Notes under the pieces: model-generated | What the model was told of the DNA's origin: nothing | Databases searched by the model: none | The model's input: only the letters and a program-made list of their open reading frames with translations | Position numbers and translations under genes: made by a program | Source of the DNA: Eledone cirrhosa | Taxonomy: Eukaryota | NCBI GenBank assembly: GCA_964016885.1 | Contig: OZ024742.1 | Span: 35,092,001-35,156,000 of the forward strand | Length of the DNA stretch: 64,000 bases | Reading direction: 5' to 3' | In this document: positions 1 to 11,828 of the stretch, piece by piece | Layout of the letters: each line of letters starts with the position of its first letter | How positions within the stretch are numbered: position 1 is the stretch's first letter

Positions 1-690
1 AACCATGTCGAAAGCTGCCTTGAGGTTAATGAAAGTGACATAGAGGTGTCGATCTCTGTGGAGCTCCCATCTTTCAATAATGAGACAGAGGGTAGAAATA
101 TGGTCAGCAGTAGACCAATTTGGCTTGTGGGCATGTCTGTTATGGCGGAATAAGCACGGCTCAGGAGGATCTTGGTGAAGAGCTTGCTTAGGATAAAGAG
201 GAGGTTGCTGCAGATGAGTTTGTTGACCTTCTGTTACCAGAAGGGGAGGATGATACCCTGACTCCAGTAATTTAGGAGCTCCTCTGACACCTATACATGG
301 TTGATGCAAATGAACCACTGGATTATGTTATCACCAGGGTGATAGTGCATATTTCAGGGGCTTTGCAGTTATTGAACTTCTTCAGGGTGACTCTGACATC
401 ATTGCGAGTGACAGAATCGAGTCAGCAAGTGTCGTTGGCTGCAGCTGTGTCTGCGGTGATGGTTAGGCAGGGATCGATTGGGATGGGTGTGTGAAGAAGA
501 AGATGGCTCAAGTTCTCCTTCCAGCGTTTGAGGCAGGTGGTTTCTGTGGTGATGACATTGCCATTGGTATTCATCATCAGGGTTGTATTGATTCGGGGAC
601 TGTCACAGGCTCTGCGGAGTGTGCTGAACACCTCGCTGAGGTCATTGTTGTACACACAAGCCCCTTTGCCAAGACATCTTGCCAATAAAT
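1..690 (-). mobile_element. Decayed non-LTR (RTE-like) reverse transcriptase fragment
   Basis: Minus-strand translation near 1-120 gives STADHISTLCLIIERWELHRDRHLYVTFINLKAAFDMV (RT FxDLxKAFDxV motif). ORF 422-685 has CLKRWKENLSHLL, typical of the LINE linker. Frameshifted. Confidence 0.75.
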
Positions 691-705
691 TATTTCACCA
701 TATAT

Positions 706-895
706 AATTGTTTCTACTTTTTGGCACAAGGCCAGCAAATACCCAGTACATTACTGGTACTTTATTTTATCGACCCTGTAAGGATGAAAGGCAAAGTTAA
801 CCTCAGCGAGATTTGAACTCAGTCCATAAAGGGACGTAACTCTGTGTTGCAAAGCATGGCGTCCAACCCTCTACCGATACTGCCAACCCACCACC
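706..895 (-). mobile_element. tRNA-derived SINE family A (about 190 bp)
   Basis: Reverse complement reads TGGCAGTATCGGTAG (A-box-like) ... GAGTTCAAATC (B-box) ... GCCTTTCATCCTTAC.GGGTCGATAAAATAAAGTACCAG plus a short tail. Close copies at 14869-15063, 36545-36727, 48200-48412, 60525-60713, 62240-62425. Confidence 0.85.
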
Positions 896-904
896 CTATT
901 TCAC

Positions 905-1282
905 CACATGACTTAGTGGTTAGAGCATTGGCCGTGCAATCGAAAGGTTGTGAGTTCAATTCTCAGACCGGGTGATGTGTTGTTTCCTTGAGCAAGACAC
1001 TTTATTTCACATTGCTCCAGTTTACTCAGCTGTAGAAATGAGATGATAGGGAGTGGGGTCCCTAGCATTCCACTGCAAAGTGGTCGTGGAAGTGCCACGG
1101 CAAAAAAGCACCCAGCCCACACTGTAAAGTGGTTGTGTAGGCGCCACAGAAAAAGCACCCAGCACTCACTGTAAATGAGGTTGGTGTTAGGAAGGGCATC
1201 CAGCTGTAGAAATCAAGCCAGAATCAGTTCCCATCCCACCCTTGCAAGCAAGGAAAAGCGGACGTAAAATGATGATGATGAT
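905..1282 (+). mobile_element. tRNA-derived SINE family B (CORE-like body, RTE-like 3' tail, (TGA)n end)
   Basis: Head TG.CTTAGTGGTTAGAGC...GAGTTCAATTC, body CCTTGAGCAAGACACTT...CAGTTTACTCAGCTGTAGAAATG resembling the CORE-SINE domain, tail shared with the LINE at 35200-35525. Seven copies in the window. Confidence 0.85.
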
Positions 1283-1659
1283 GGCTGAATGTTACTATAC
1301 TTTATCTGTATGTAAATATTACATAAATTATGTATTTAGCATTGTTTACTAAAATAACTACTGGGAAGTTTGGACTGGGACTTAAATGTCACATGATCTG
1401 TGCTTATTACTAATTTGGAGGTTTGCATTTTAAATCTTGCCTGGACCTATTACCAACTTTAGGGTCTACATTTCTCATCTAGCCTGGGTCTATAACCAGA
1501 TTTGGAGCAGCTACATTTTGCCTCTGACCTGGGCCTATTACCAAGTTAGGGAGCTCACATTGTACTTCTAACCAGTTGAAATGGGGCCCACGTTTCACTT
1601 CTGGTCTGGACTTAATGCTAGTGTGGAAAATGGATGTTAAATGATGATGATGATCTGTT

Positions 1660-2420
1660 CTGGGCTTATTACCGTCTTTGAGAAGATGTTACTTGGGACT
1701 CAATGCTTGGACATTCTGCTTTGATAAGAACATGGATGTCAGGAGTTCTGTCTTGCCACTTGATGTTGAATATGCACCTTAAACAGTTCTGCTGAAAACG
1801 CTCAAGCAATTTGGTGAGTTTATGGAATAGCGTCCAGGTTTCGGCAGAGTATAAAAGAGCAGACAGAACACATGATCTATACACACGCACCTTGGTATTG
1901 TTGGTAATGTTGCGATTTGCCCAAACTCTCTTTATCAATTTTCCGAAGGCAACAGAGGCCTTCTGGATGCGCAGATGTATTTCAGCATCCAAGGAGCATT
2001 TGAGAGTGTGCTACCCAAGTATACAAATGTATCTACTACTCCCAGCCTGGTTCCATCAACCTTGATATTGGATTCAGTATATGGTTCTCCAGGAGCAGGG
2101 GTAAACATTACTCGGGTCATTTTAAGACCCAAATGCTGTACAAGATGATGAGAAATGGTCCATATGTTGCATGTCAGCTTCTGTGTGTGCTAGGAAGTCA
2201 GTGTCGTCGGCGTAAAAAAGGATCAAAGCTTGAAAAGTTTTTGTCTTGGCATTAAACCTGCTTAAGTTGAAAACCTTTCCAGTGGTTCTGAACCGTAAAA
2301 GAATGCCTCTGTCACAATCATGGAAAGCATGTGTGAGCAAGGCAGCAAAGAAGATGGAAAAAGTGTAGGAGCAGGAATATCGCCTTGCTTTACCCCGTTG
2401 TCAAATAGGATTTCCCCAGA
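1660..2420 (-). mobile_element. Decayed RTE-clade LINE, RT C-terminal part
   Basis: ORFs 1669-1992, 1935-2132, 2122-2340 and 2262-2492 give GVKQGD, FNLSRFNAKTKT, FYADD, VDTFVYLGSTLS, RIQKASVAFGKL, LLYSAETW across frameshifts. Confidence 0.85.
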
Positions 2421-4125
2421 TCGTTTCATGTATGTATATATGTATATCAGACAACACACACTATCTATTTCGGCGGGTAAGTTTTGTTTCATTTTCTATT
2501 CCCAAACATCCAAATTCGACAAATTTTTGCTCCACTAGACTCTGCAAATAACCTGGCAGAAGTTGTGAAAGTTGCATAAATATTTTTATATATTTTCCCA
2601 ATGCAATCATTTTACTGCTCCCACCGCCACAATTACGTCCACACCCTTATCACCACCACATTTACTCTCACACATGTCAATAGCCAATCTATTTTTACAC
2701 TAAAGTCACTGACCTTGCAACCTGCTAATACATAAATACATACATTCATACATACATTGATATAGAAATGACAGACTAAAGGAATCATTTAAAAAGTATA
2801 ACATTGTATGGTAGGCGGAAACTGTATGGAAGCCTGTTAGCTAGATTATACCTGTAGTTCATGTGTCCAGCCTTGTTGCATACTGAGTCCCACTAATTAA
2901 TTTGGTATGAGGATTACACTAATGGTTTGTGTGTTTATAGAATACATTAGTCCAATGAAAAAAATGTACAACTAACAAACTAACAAAAACTGCTATTGTA
3001 GCTAAAGGTTTTATTAACTTGCTTGTGACTATGTTTCTAATGAAATAGTTAACTTAGTCTCTTCAGTGACAATCCTCTATGGTGGCCTGACATACTTAGT
3101 TACTTCTTTTGTTAACATATTTCTAATGAAATACACTATTTTTTAATTAGTTAATGATGGATTATAAGGGGTTTGCTAAAATTATTAATTATTTCATTAC
3201 TAAACATGGTTCTTATATAAAATTATGTTGGAAGATTTAAATTTGAATATGGACCCTTTAGAATCGAGAGTTTTGTTTCATAGAACCAGAGCTACTTTTG
3301 GCTGCGTTGGTATCAAAATGGTTTAAATGGATGGTTCGATTTCATTGAACCAGAACTGGTTTTGGCTTGGTTGATATCAAAAAGGTTAAAAACTGTAAAG
3401 ATGGAGTAGTATATCTCAATAAATTCTACTAGCTTTTCCCATCAAGTTTATGGTGAGGAAGGCATGTAGCCTAGTGGTGAGGGTGTTGGACTCATAATCA
3501 TGAGGTCATGGGTTTGATTTCTGGACCAGATAGTGTGTGAGCAAGTTACTTTGTTTCACATTGCTTTTTTGTGGTAGGACTGGAGCTCAAGAAACCTATA
3601 AGGTGCAGCCTCATTGAAGGCCAGCTAAACCAGCATAGGTGTAAGCCATAAATTTGATTTCATTTTATTAAAACTAATTGAATTGATTCAGATATCTTGG
3701 GTCCATGAAACCAGAGTGACTTGAAGAGAAGAGCTCTAGCATGATGTGCTTTCTTGAAGTTTGAAGTGAAAATATACCAAGCAGAATGAAGATTAAATTC
3801 TTCAACATAACATGTAGCACTGTCTTGATCTGTGGCAGCGAATCTCAGATCATCTTGGAGTAGCTGGAGAACAGCATTAATAAATTTAAAACCTCATGTA
3901 TGAGAATGATGCTGAGTATCAAGTGCACTGATTTTACATCCATGGGACTCAGCTTATTTCATGTTAATTGAACAATTGGATGTTCATAATCAAAACTGAT
4001 AGAGCATCCATCTAATAAACAAAAAACAACATATGCAAAATGAGGTGAACATGTTTCCCTGGATGTGTAATGTTAACTTTTAATCTAAATTATAATAAAG
4101 TAAGGAGTGCAGGACTGCATCAAGA

Positions 4126-4495
4126 ATCATCATCATCACCGTTTTACGTCCATTCTTCCACACTAGCATGGGTTAGGCAGGTTGTCCTGTTGTGGGCAGT
4201 GTCTGGTCAGCTGACCTTGTCTTGCTCATACGGGAACTGATTCTGGCTTGCTTTCTACAGCTGGATGCCCTTCCTAACACCAACCTCATTTACAGTGAGT
4301 GCTGGGTGCTTTTTTGCCGTGGCACCTGCACGACTACTTTGCAGTGGAATGATATGGACCCCAGTCCCTATCATCTAATTTCTACAGCTGAGTAAACTGG
4401 AGCAATGTGAAATAAAGTGTCTTGCTCAAGGAAACAACATATCACCCGGTCCGAATATTGAACTCACAACCTTTCAATTGTAAGCCCAATGCTCA
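4126..4495 (-). mobile_element. SINE B copy joined to an RTE-like 3' tail
   Basis: Reverse complement of the SINE B body (about 4230-4495) followed by a LINE-type tail ending in (TGA)n at 4126-4140. Confidence 0.75.
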
Positions 4496-4569
4496 AGAAT
4501 ATATTTTTTATCCCGTTTGTAAAATAAGTTGGATTATTTTGAATAAATAATGAATGAATATTACATAAT

Positions 4570-4930
4570 TTATCTACTAAATTTCGATGATTTTGATTAA
4601 ATATATATAATTTTGTTGCTTATTTTAAGATTCACTTCTTTAAAATTTTCAAATGTCAACACTTCCGGTTAGCGATCACTTAAATAAATATTCATATATT
4701 TCTGTCACTAATTTTCTCCTAATGCAGTTTATAGATAATATCGTCTTTTTTTTTAATGTATCGTGGATTATGTTACTGATTACACAAGACAGTGTAACGC
4801 AGTCTTCATTCAATTTCGGTGTATATTGTCAATTACAATTTTATTTGATGTATCATATCTACATGTATATATACTTGCGTATAATATCAATATGCATACT
4901 ACACATGCTAGCAGAAAATCGGCATGCTAG
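4570..4930 (+). mobile_element. Possible non-autonomous Helitron-like fragment
   Basis: Shares ATTCACTTCTTTAAAATTTTCAAATGTCAACACTTCCGGTTA with 27087-27128. Ends in a CATGC...GCATG hairpin followed by CTAG|T at 4927-4931. The related copy at 26971 starts TCTTTACTAATAAAG, a Helitron-like 5' end. Confidence 0.4.
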
Positions 4931-6379
4931 TATCATGTAATGATTTAGCAGAAAATTATTTTAAAACAAGTCTTTTTCATTGGAATGTTTATATTTCCAT
5001 TAGTGGACAAATCATTGTGAAAGTTTGCAGTATTAACACTTTCATGGCCATATTTCTAATTAAATACACTCTATTTCAATTAATTAAGGAAGAATTTTGA
5101 GGGATTTACAAAAATTATCAATGATTTCATTACTAAGGTAGTAACTTAATATAAGGTTCTTATATAGAATTATGTTGGAAGATTTTAATTTAAATTGGAA
5201 ACCTTTAAAATGAGTGATTTTATTTCATAGAATCAGAGCCTGCTTGTTAACAAATGGGTTACAGATTTTGTGATGCAGTCATAGCATTATATATTTTTCA
5301 ATAAGTTTTTGTTAATGTTGTTTCAGTCTTTATTGAGGAGATATATGATAAAAGGCACTGCAGCTATCATCTGATACTTTGGCGACTTGATGTAAAATAG
5401 GGATTCATTGAAACCTTTGACATTCTCAATTGCAAAAATAAAATTAGAATCCCATGTGTGTATTATTGGCATGTCTGGTTGCTTCATTTGGACCCTTTAT
5501 CATTTAAACTGGTCATGTCCGGCCAGAATTCTTTCACCTCTTTCTGTTCAAACTGGCTGTAACTGGTCACTCATACTTATGTTAAGATATTGTTCTCAAA
5601 AGGAATGATATCAAAATCTCATAGATTCGCTATTATGTGAGGTAAAGTGTTTACTGTGAAAATACAACAGGATATATAGTGTAATGTAAATGGTAAAGGG
5701 TTAATGGAGAGTTGGAGGGAATTAACAGATGTTATTGATATGGTATGTAGTCATTTGAAAGAGAAAATCTCACCCAGTATGTGGGTGGACCAACAGTTCT
5801 GGTTTTCTACTTGGAAACCTCTTTAGACAGATTTTTAGTTTTAACAACACAATAAGTATACTTTTGTCCAGACGATGTGAGTTTCATTGATGAAACTACT
5901 GAAGAACTGCTTACAAGTGATTTCAGTGATGTCTGGGAAGAATATAATGTGTGGTAGGTGAACTTAAATATGGGGATGTTCTGATTATTCTACCTAACAA
6001 GTGTATTTTCACCTGTCTGTAACCCTAAATATTTTTCAGGTTTTATTATATAGTAATTATTGTTTTATATTTTTATACTTTTCATTTTTCATTTCAAATT
6101 TTGTCTGTTGTATAACTTATCATATTTGCCTCTACTCTCGTTTTATATAACCCTGTTTTGAAATATGTAACACGGATGAATCCAAAGACCTGGAAGAGTA
6201 ATTCAACCGTTAGGACAATGCGTGGCTGGTAACATGAATGTTAAAGAGAAAGAAAAAAAAATCTTAGTTTATTTTTTTGTGACAAGTGTTAAGGGGAAGC
6301 TACTCTTTCCACACCTTAAATTCTGAAGGTTTTGTAGTTATCTCTCTTGGATTTCGCTCGTGTTTCATCTTGTCACTCT

Positions 6380-7130
6380 ATTCACTTCCACAACTGACAA
6401 CACTGAAGACCATGATTGTTGCTGGGCACTTCGTCTGCATAACTCTGGTCACATCGTTGGGTGAGACAGCAAGCCACCTCTTGTTCTGGAAGTTAATCTT
6501 CTGGTCTTGGCAGAAGTTCGTCTCGTTGGAACCACAGCATGTCTGGCTCTAGCATGTGTTTCAAATTGTTGATCAACTTCTCGATGTGCTTGAGTTGCTT
6601 TTCCTGCATTGCCTTGGACAGAAATTGTCCCTTCCTCATCTTGTATTAAAAGTAGCGAATGTCCTCATGCACTACCAACCTGATGAGCTTTTCATCTACA
6701 CTTTTCACCCTTGCAATGTCACACATCGACTTGCTGGAATCATTGTTGATGATCTCCTGGACTACAGTGACGAACTCGGGCATTCTGACAGCATCAGACC
6801 AACGACCATGGGTTTTCCTCTCTGCTGTCGCTTCGTAGTCAAATCCTGAATCTTCCATTTCATTTCTGACTTTCTCCACCATCCTTTTGCTGACGTTGAG
6901 GAAATCTGAAATTCCTTGTTTGTCTTTCCAGCGTGGATTCCACGGAGAACTCTATGCCCCTTTCACAAATTTGGTTGAGGATGGGTGGCGAAATTGTCCA
7001 TAGTCAATTATTCTGCAAAAAATGAATGTAAAAATGGTTATTATTTTCAAGCAAAAAAACAAACAAACTGACAATGAAAGTTAAAAATATATGCGTGAAA
7101 TTATCAGTTAAAGATTGCGAGCGAATACTG
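6380..7130 (-). pseudogene. Tc1/mariner-superfamily transposase relic
   Basis: ORF 6646-6882 (VRMPEFVTVVQEIINNDSSKSMCDIARVKSVDEKLIRLVVHEDIRY) is an HTH region. Downstream frames give YKMRKGQFLS, DETNFCQDQK...QNKRWLA and MQTKCPATIMVFSVVS. Multiple frameshifts. Confidence 0.75.
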
Positions 7131-7189
7131 TCCACAGCCTGTGTATATGTAAATGTATTTGGGCTTTTTTTTTTTTTTACTTAATGCAG

Positions 7190-7321
7190 GAAAATGAAAT
7201 TAGCGAAATTGAAGCTGAAATTGAAAACTTGAAAGAAGTAAAGTGTGATTTACCTCCCGAGGTGGAAGCACTGCAATTAGAAAATGTGAAACTTCAATAT
7301 CAATTGAACCAATTGAAAACA
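7190..7321 (+). CDS. RARS1: Arginyl-tRNA synthetase exon (N-terminal coiled-coil extension); first exon seen, not the start
   Basis: Poly-T tract + ttaatgcag acceptor, gtaagt donor. 132 nt, phase 0/0. ENEISEIEAEIENLKEVKCDLPPEVEALQLENVKLQYQLNQLKT aligns with the metazoan ArgRS leucine-zipper extension. Confidence 0.85.
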
Positions 7322-7877
7322 GTAAGTGGATTTTTACTTTCTTTGTTCTTTTTATTTCCATTAACTCTTCCTTATATTTCGAGGATTGGCAGAGTTAGGG
7401 CATCAAATATAATTCTTTGTGGTATTTGTTCTGGCTCTCTACCCTGAGTCCAAATCCTGCTGTGGTCAACGTTATCTTTCATCTTTAAATAAAATATCAG
7501 TTCTGTAATGAGATCGAGTTTTCATTTTGCTACCTTTATTTCTCTCTTTTCCTCTCTCTATCTGAAAGAAGTTGACTATTTTTTAACCTGGGCAGGGATG
7601 AGATCTTCTAGGTTTCAATGTTCTAGTAACACCATGCCATGCAGCACCCCAATAGCTCCACCTAGAGTTAAAAGCTCAAAGATGGTGAGTCATTGCTTGG
7701 GGCTAACTGCATGAATCTTGGTTTCAGAATCGATACACTGTATCTGTGTATGTCATACGAGGCAAGGAAAAGGGGACAAGAAGAACATCGGGCTGTAAAA
7801 CCCTGTCTCAAAAATGACACTATGATAAGTAGGATTAGACTGTCAATGAGGCTCATAAGGCTTTTGCAGGGAGATCA

Positions 7878-9057
7878 CTAACTCTTTAGCATTTTAACTA
7901 GCCATAACCGGCCAGAATTCTCTCAACTATTTCTGTTCAAACTGGCTGTGACTCAAAATAAATAATATCAAAATAAATAATATCAAAATCTCATAGATTT
8001 GATATTATGTGAGGTAAAGCATTTACTGTGAAAATACAATAGTAGAGGGTGTTAAAGTTTGCTTGAAGCATTGTGAAATATGTAAAATATGTAGTTTAGA
8101 AAGCCACAACAATGCAGATGGGAAATCTCGAGGTAGGAAGTGAGTAAGAAATAGGAGAAAAGTGAAAAATGAGAGAAACGAAAACAAAACAAAGGTAGAA
8201 GGATTACCGTAGTGGAGATTTAATCCCAATATTTCGGGCTCACGCCCATCAACGGGGGGAAACAGGCCAAGCCGGAGAAAGTTGTTGTATTGTCGTTAAA
8301 ACATAGGAATGCCATGATGGGGAAAATTCAAACGAGGGAAAGAGTGTGCGTGCACATGATAGGCTGTGGCAAAAGCTACTGACCAATTGGGTTAGATCAA
8401 TAGGGTGCGCTAGCGCGTGAAAGCCTTGAAATATGTGTGTGTAACTGTGTGTGTATGTGTGTATGTATGTGAGTGTGTGTGAAAGATAGTGGGCCGTAGA
8501 AGCTGGAACTCAAAGGGTGTGAAAGGTGGTAGGTTGTATAAACGTGTGCGTGTATAAATATAGATGTGTGTGTGTGTGTGTGTGTGCATGTGCACGGGCA
8601 TACATACAAGTGTGTGTGTGCGAAAGACAGTAGGCCGCAGGGGCCACCACTGGTCACCATGGTTAGATTAGCCATGTCAGTTCATTTCTCTCAGCCCGGC
8701 CGCCAAGTGGGGGCCTGAGGTTCTCAATAACAAGCGCTTCCTTTATCCTTAAGGATCCGATGCTGCGTTTGAATTTTCCCCATCATGGCATTCCTATGTT
8801 TTAACGACAATACAACAACTTTCTCCGGCTTGGCCTGTTTCCCCCCGTTGATGGGCGTGAGCCCGAAATATTGGGATTAAATCTCCACTACGGTAATCCT
8901 TCTACCTTTGTTTTGTTTTCGTTTCTCTCATTTTTCACTTTTCTCCTATTTCTTACTCACTTCCTACCTCGAGATTTCCCATCTGCATTGTTGTGGCTTT
9001 CTAAACTACATATTTTACAATAGTAAATATAGAGTAAAGTAAATGCTAAAGGGTTAA
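7878..9057. mobile_element. piggyBac-type MITE (TTAA-CCCTTTAGCATTTA termini) interrupted by a Penelope-like insertion
   Basis: Left part 7878-8044 and right part 9020-9057 reconstitute the MITE seen intact at 38033-38245, 38765-38965 and 9639-9844. Confidence 0.8.
8045..9019 (-). mobile_element. 5'-truncated Penelope-like element with inverted pseudo-LTR
   Basis: 254-bp inverted arms 8081-8334 / 8766-9019. Minus-strand 8765-8663 encodes GSLRIKEALVIENLRPPLGGRAERNELTWLI* (GIY-YIG endonuclease C-terminus). Flanking direct repeat TACAATAGTA at 8035-8044 and 9016-9025. Confidence 0.8.
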
Positions 9058-9638
9058 AATGGTTAACGGAATTTATTGTTTGGAACAATTCATAGAATAC
9101 TGGACAAAATAACTTGCAGTATATGGTTATGATTCTTGCTGATCTGAATTCAAATCCTGCTGAGCTTGACTTTGGAATATCAATAAAAAAAAAATGAATG
9201 TTTACTTAAATACATTGCTTAGAAATGCAGCACATTGAGAGTTTGGGAAGGCATGTGGAAATCAAAAAATCAATGGTCTAAACCTTCTCCCAGACTTAGG
9301 CATAAAAAAGATAAATATAAAAAATGACTGGTAAGATTTGAACTTACAATTTAACCCTTTTGATATCATCTCACCTGAAACTGCACCTGCATTTACAATA
9401 AAAAATTATTTATTTTGATGTGTTTATATTTATCTAAAAATCTTCTATAATTTTATGTAAGAACCTTTGTTAGGTTCTAAACACCAAATTAATAATAAGA
9501 AAGTTATATTACTAAATCTCTCCAAATTCTTGATTAATTTCAAAATGATAAGAAAATCATATGTAGTTTTTTTCATTAAAAATATGGTAATTAATCGGTA
9601 ATAAAGAAATAGTTTTCTTAATATGTTATGTTCCACTT

Positions 9639-9844
9639 TTAACCCTTTAGCATTTACATTACCCTATATTTACGATTGTAGTTTCACAATAAAGGCTTTA
9701 TCTCAAATCTATGAGAATTTGATGTTATTTATTTTGAGAACAATATCTTAACATTGGTATGAGCAGCTAATTATGGCTGGTTTGAACAGAGAGTGGTGAG
9801 AGAATTCTGGCTGAATACATCTGGTTTAAATGCTAAAGGGTTAT
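9639..9844. mobile_element. piggyBac-type MITE
   Basis: TTAA-CCCTTTAGCATTTA ... TAAATGCTAAAGGG-TTAT terminal inverted repeats. Confidence 0.8.
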
Positions 9845-9990
9845 AAGTTTAATAAACAAAATGGAAAACTTCTTAAAAAAACATTTTTTTGGAAAATGAA
9901 AGAATGGATGTTCAGTAGTTAAGTACCTTATTTTTTCAGAAATTGTACTAACTGTTAATTTCTTTAATGTCTCTCTCACCTGTTGTTTAG

Positions 9991-10182
9991 AGTTTCAGCA
10001 AGGAGCAGAAGAAGGAAAACAACCACATGATCTGTCTCAATAATCTCATGGAGCAGATCTTTGCCCTTGCCATTCGAGATGCTTACCCTGATTTGGGATC
10101 AGAAGCTCCTGTCATGCTCTCTCCAACCAACAAACCTAACTTTGGAGATTACCAATGTAACAGTGCCATGAGTATTTGCCAG
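9991..10182 (+). CDS. RARS1: Arginyl-tRNA synthetase exon
   Basis: tgtttag acceptor, gttagt donor. 192 nt, phase 0/0. SFSKEQKKENNHMICLNN...AIRDAYPDL...FGDYQCNSAMSICQ (ArgRS N-terminal domain signature FGDYQCN). Confidence 0.95.
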
Positions 10183-10499
10183 GTTAGTGGCCAACATTAT
10201 GTTTTGAAAGGATTCCTCTTTTTTTTTTTCGTTTTTATTTCAACCATTTTTTTTTTCACTTACCATATATACTTGTATATAAGCTGAGAAATATGTGACA
10301 AAAAAAGTTCAATGGGCTGTCAACTTATATTTGAGGTCAGTATTTTGCCGATTTTCACCAACTTCAAAATTCTACATGAATGAGGTGCTAAAATATTTTC
10401 ACTTTGGTGGTGAATATTACACCAGTAAGACTTTAAATGCAAAATTCTTATTTTCGGTTTATTTGATACGTATTTGGTGGATCATTATGTAATGGAGTT

Positions 10500-11530
10500 C
10501 ATCATCATCATCATTTTATGTCTGCTTTTCTCTGCTTGCAAGGGTGGGTTGGGTCTTATTCAGCACAGCATCTCTCCACTTGTCACGGTCCTTCGTCATC
10601 TCCACCGTGAGCTTCAGCGATGTGAGGTCTGATCTCACCACCTCCACCCATGTTTTTCGTGGCCTACCTCTACTACGTCTTCCTTCAACTGGCATTTCCT
10701 GGCACTTCTTCACCCATCGGTCATCCTCCATGAGCATCACATGTCCATACCACCTCAGTCTCTCTCGCACACTACATTCTATCCCTCTCAGACATAGTTT
10801 CTCTCTCAACACATTAATGCTGGGTCGTTCACGCACATTGACATTGCACATCCAACGGAGCATGCTTGCCTCATTTCTCTCCAGCCGTCGCATCTCCTCT
10901 GCAGTTGCTGCCCATGTCTCACTAGCATGCAGCATCGCGCTCCTCACACAGGCATCATATAACCGGCCTTTCGTACGCAGGGAGAAAACCTTCGTCAGCA
11001 GAGGAAGCAGCTCCCTAAACTTTTTCCAACCCGTCCTTACTCTAGATACTATGGCCTCGGAACAGCCCCCTCCCATGCTAGGTACCGGAAGCTATCCACC
11101 ATTTCTATAGAACCCGTCTGCATTTGAAAAATGTGTCTATCAATGTGACTTCTACTGTCTAATTTCCCTGTATATCTACTGCATACGTATTTCTCCCTAC
11201 TGTTAGTTTGCCTGCTATCCCACTACATCTCATGTGTACCCAGGATCTGCATTGTGTGCATTTTATAGAATTTATGCCAGTTCCTTTTCTGCATATCGAA
11301 CATGGCCATTTCCCTGATGGAATCAGAGTTTTGTCCTCTTTTCTACTCATCAACACTTTTGTCTTAGCTAGGTTCACTCTCAGTCCTCTTTTCGTATGCA
11401 GGGATGGAAGCAGCTCCCTAAACTTCTTCCAACCTGTCCTTATTCTAGATACTATGGCCTCGGAACACCACCCCTCCCATGCTAATCTGATCTCCTAGGT
11501 ACCGGAAGCTATCAACCACTTCTATAGCAT
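10500..11530 (-). mobile_element. RTE LINE 3' fragment (PHD-finger family), internally rearranged
   Basis: ORFs 10516-11076 and 11159-11377 are homologous to the C-terminus of the 31996-35016 ORF, including WPCSIC...CTQC...VHMRC. (TGA)n tail at 10500-10515. About 11390-11527 duplicates about 10968-11110. Confidence 0.9.
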
Positions 11531-11828
11531 AGGAGTTGTGAAACAAAAACTATACTCTTAACAACATATATTCTCCACTCATGAGAATTTCAAAACCACA
11601 CAATCTAAACATACTGTGTTAATTACCTGCCTCAGCTTATAAACAGGGTTTGGATTTTTGCCTATTTTTCAGGGCTTGGCTTATATTTGTGAGTATATAA
11701 AAGTAAATAGAATTTTACCCTTCATTATCATCATTATTTAACATCTGTTTTCATCTCTCTTTTATAAATGTATTTGGTTTCTAAACATTGTTGGTAAATA
11801 CTCAAGTTGTTATATTTTCAACTTTCAG

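Noticed and set aside
913-1158. Recurrent ORF ...FLQLSKLEQCEIKCLAQGNNTSPGLRIELTTFR (six or more copies)
   Set aside because: Antisense translation of SINE B, not a gene family.
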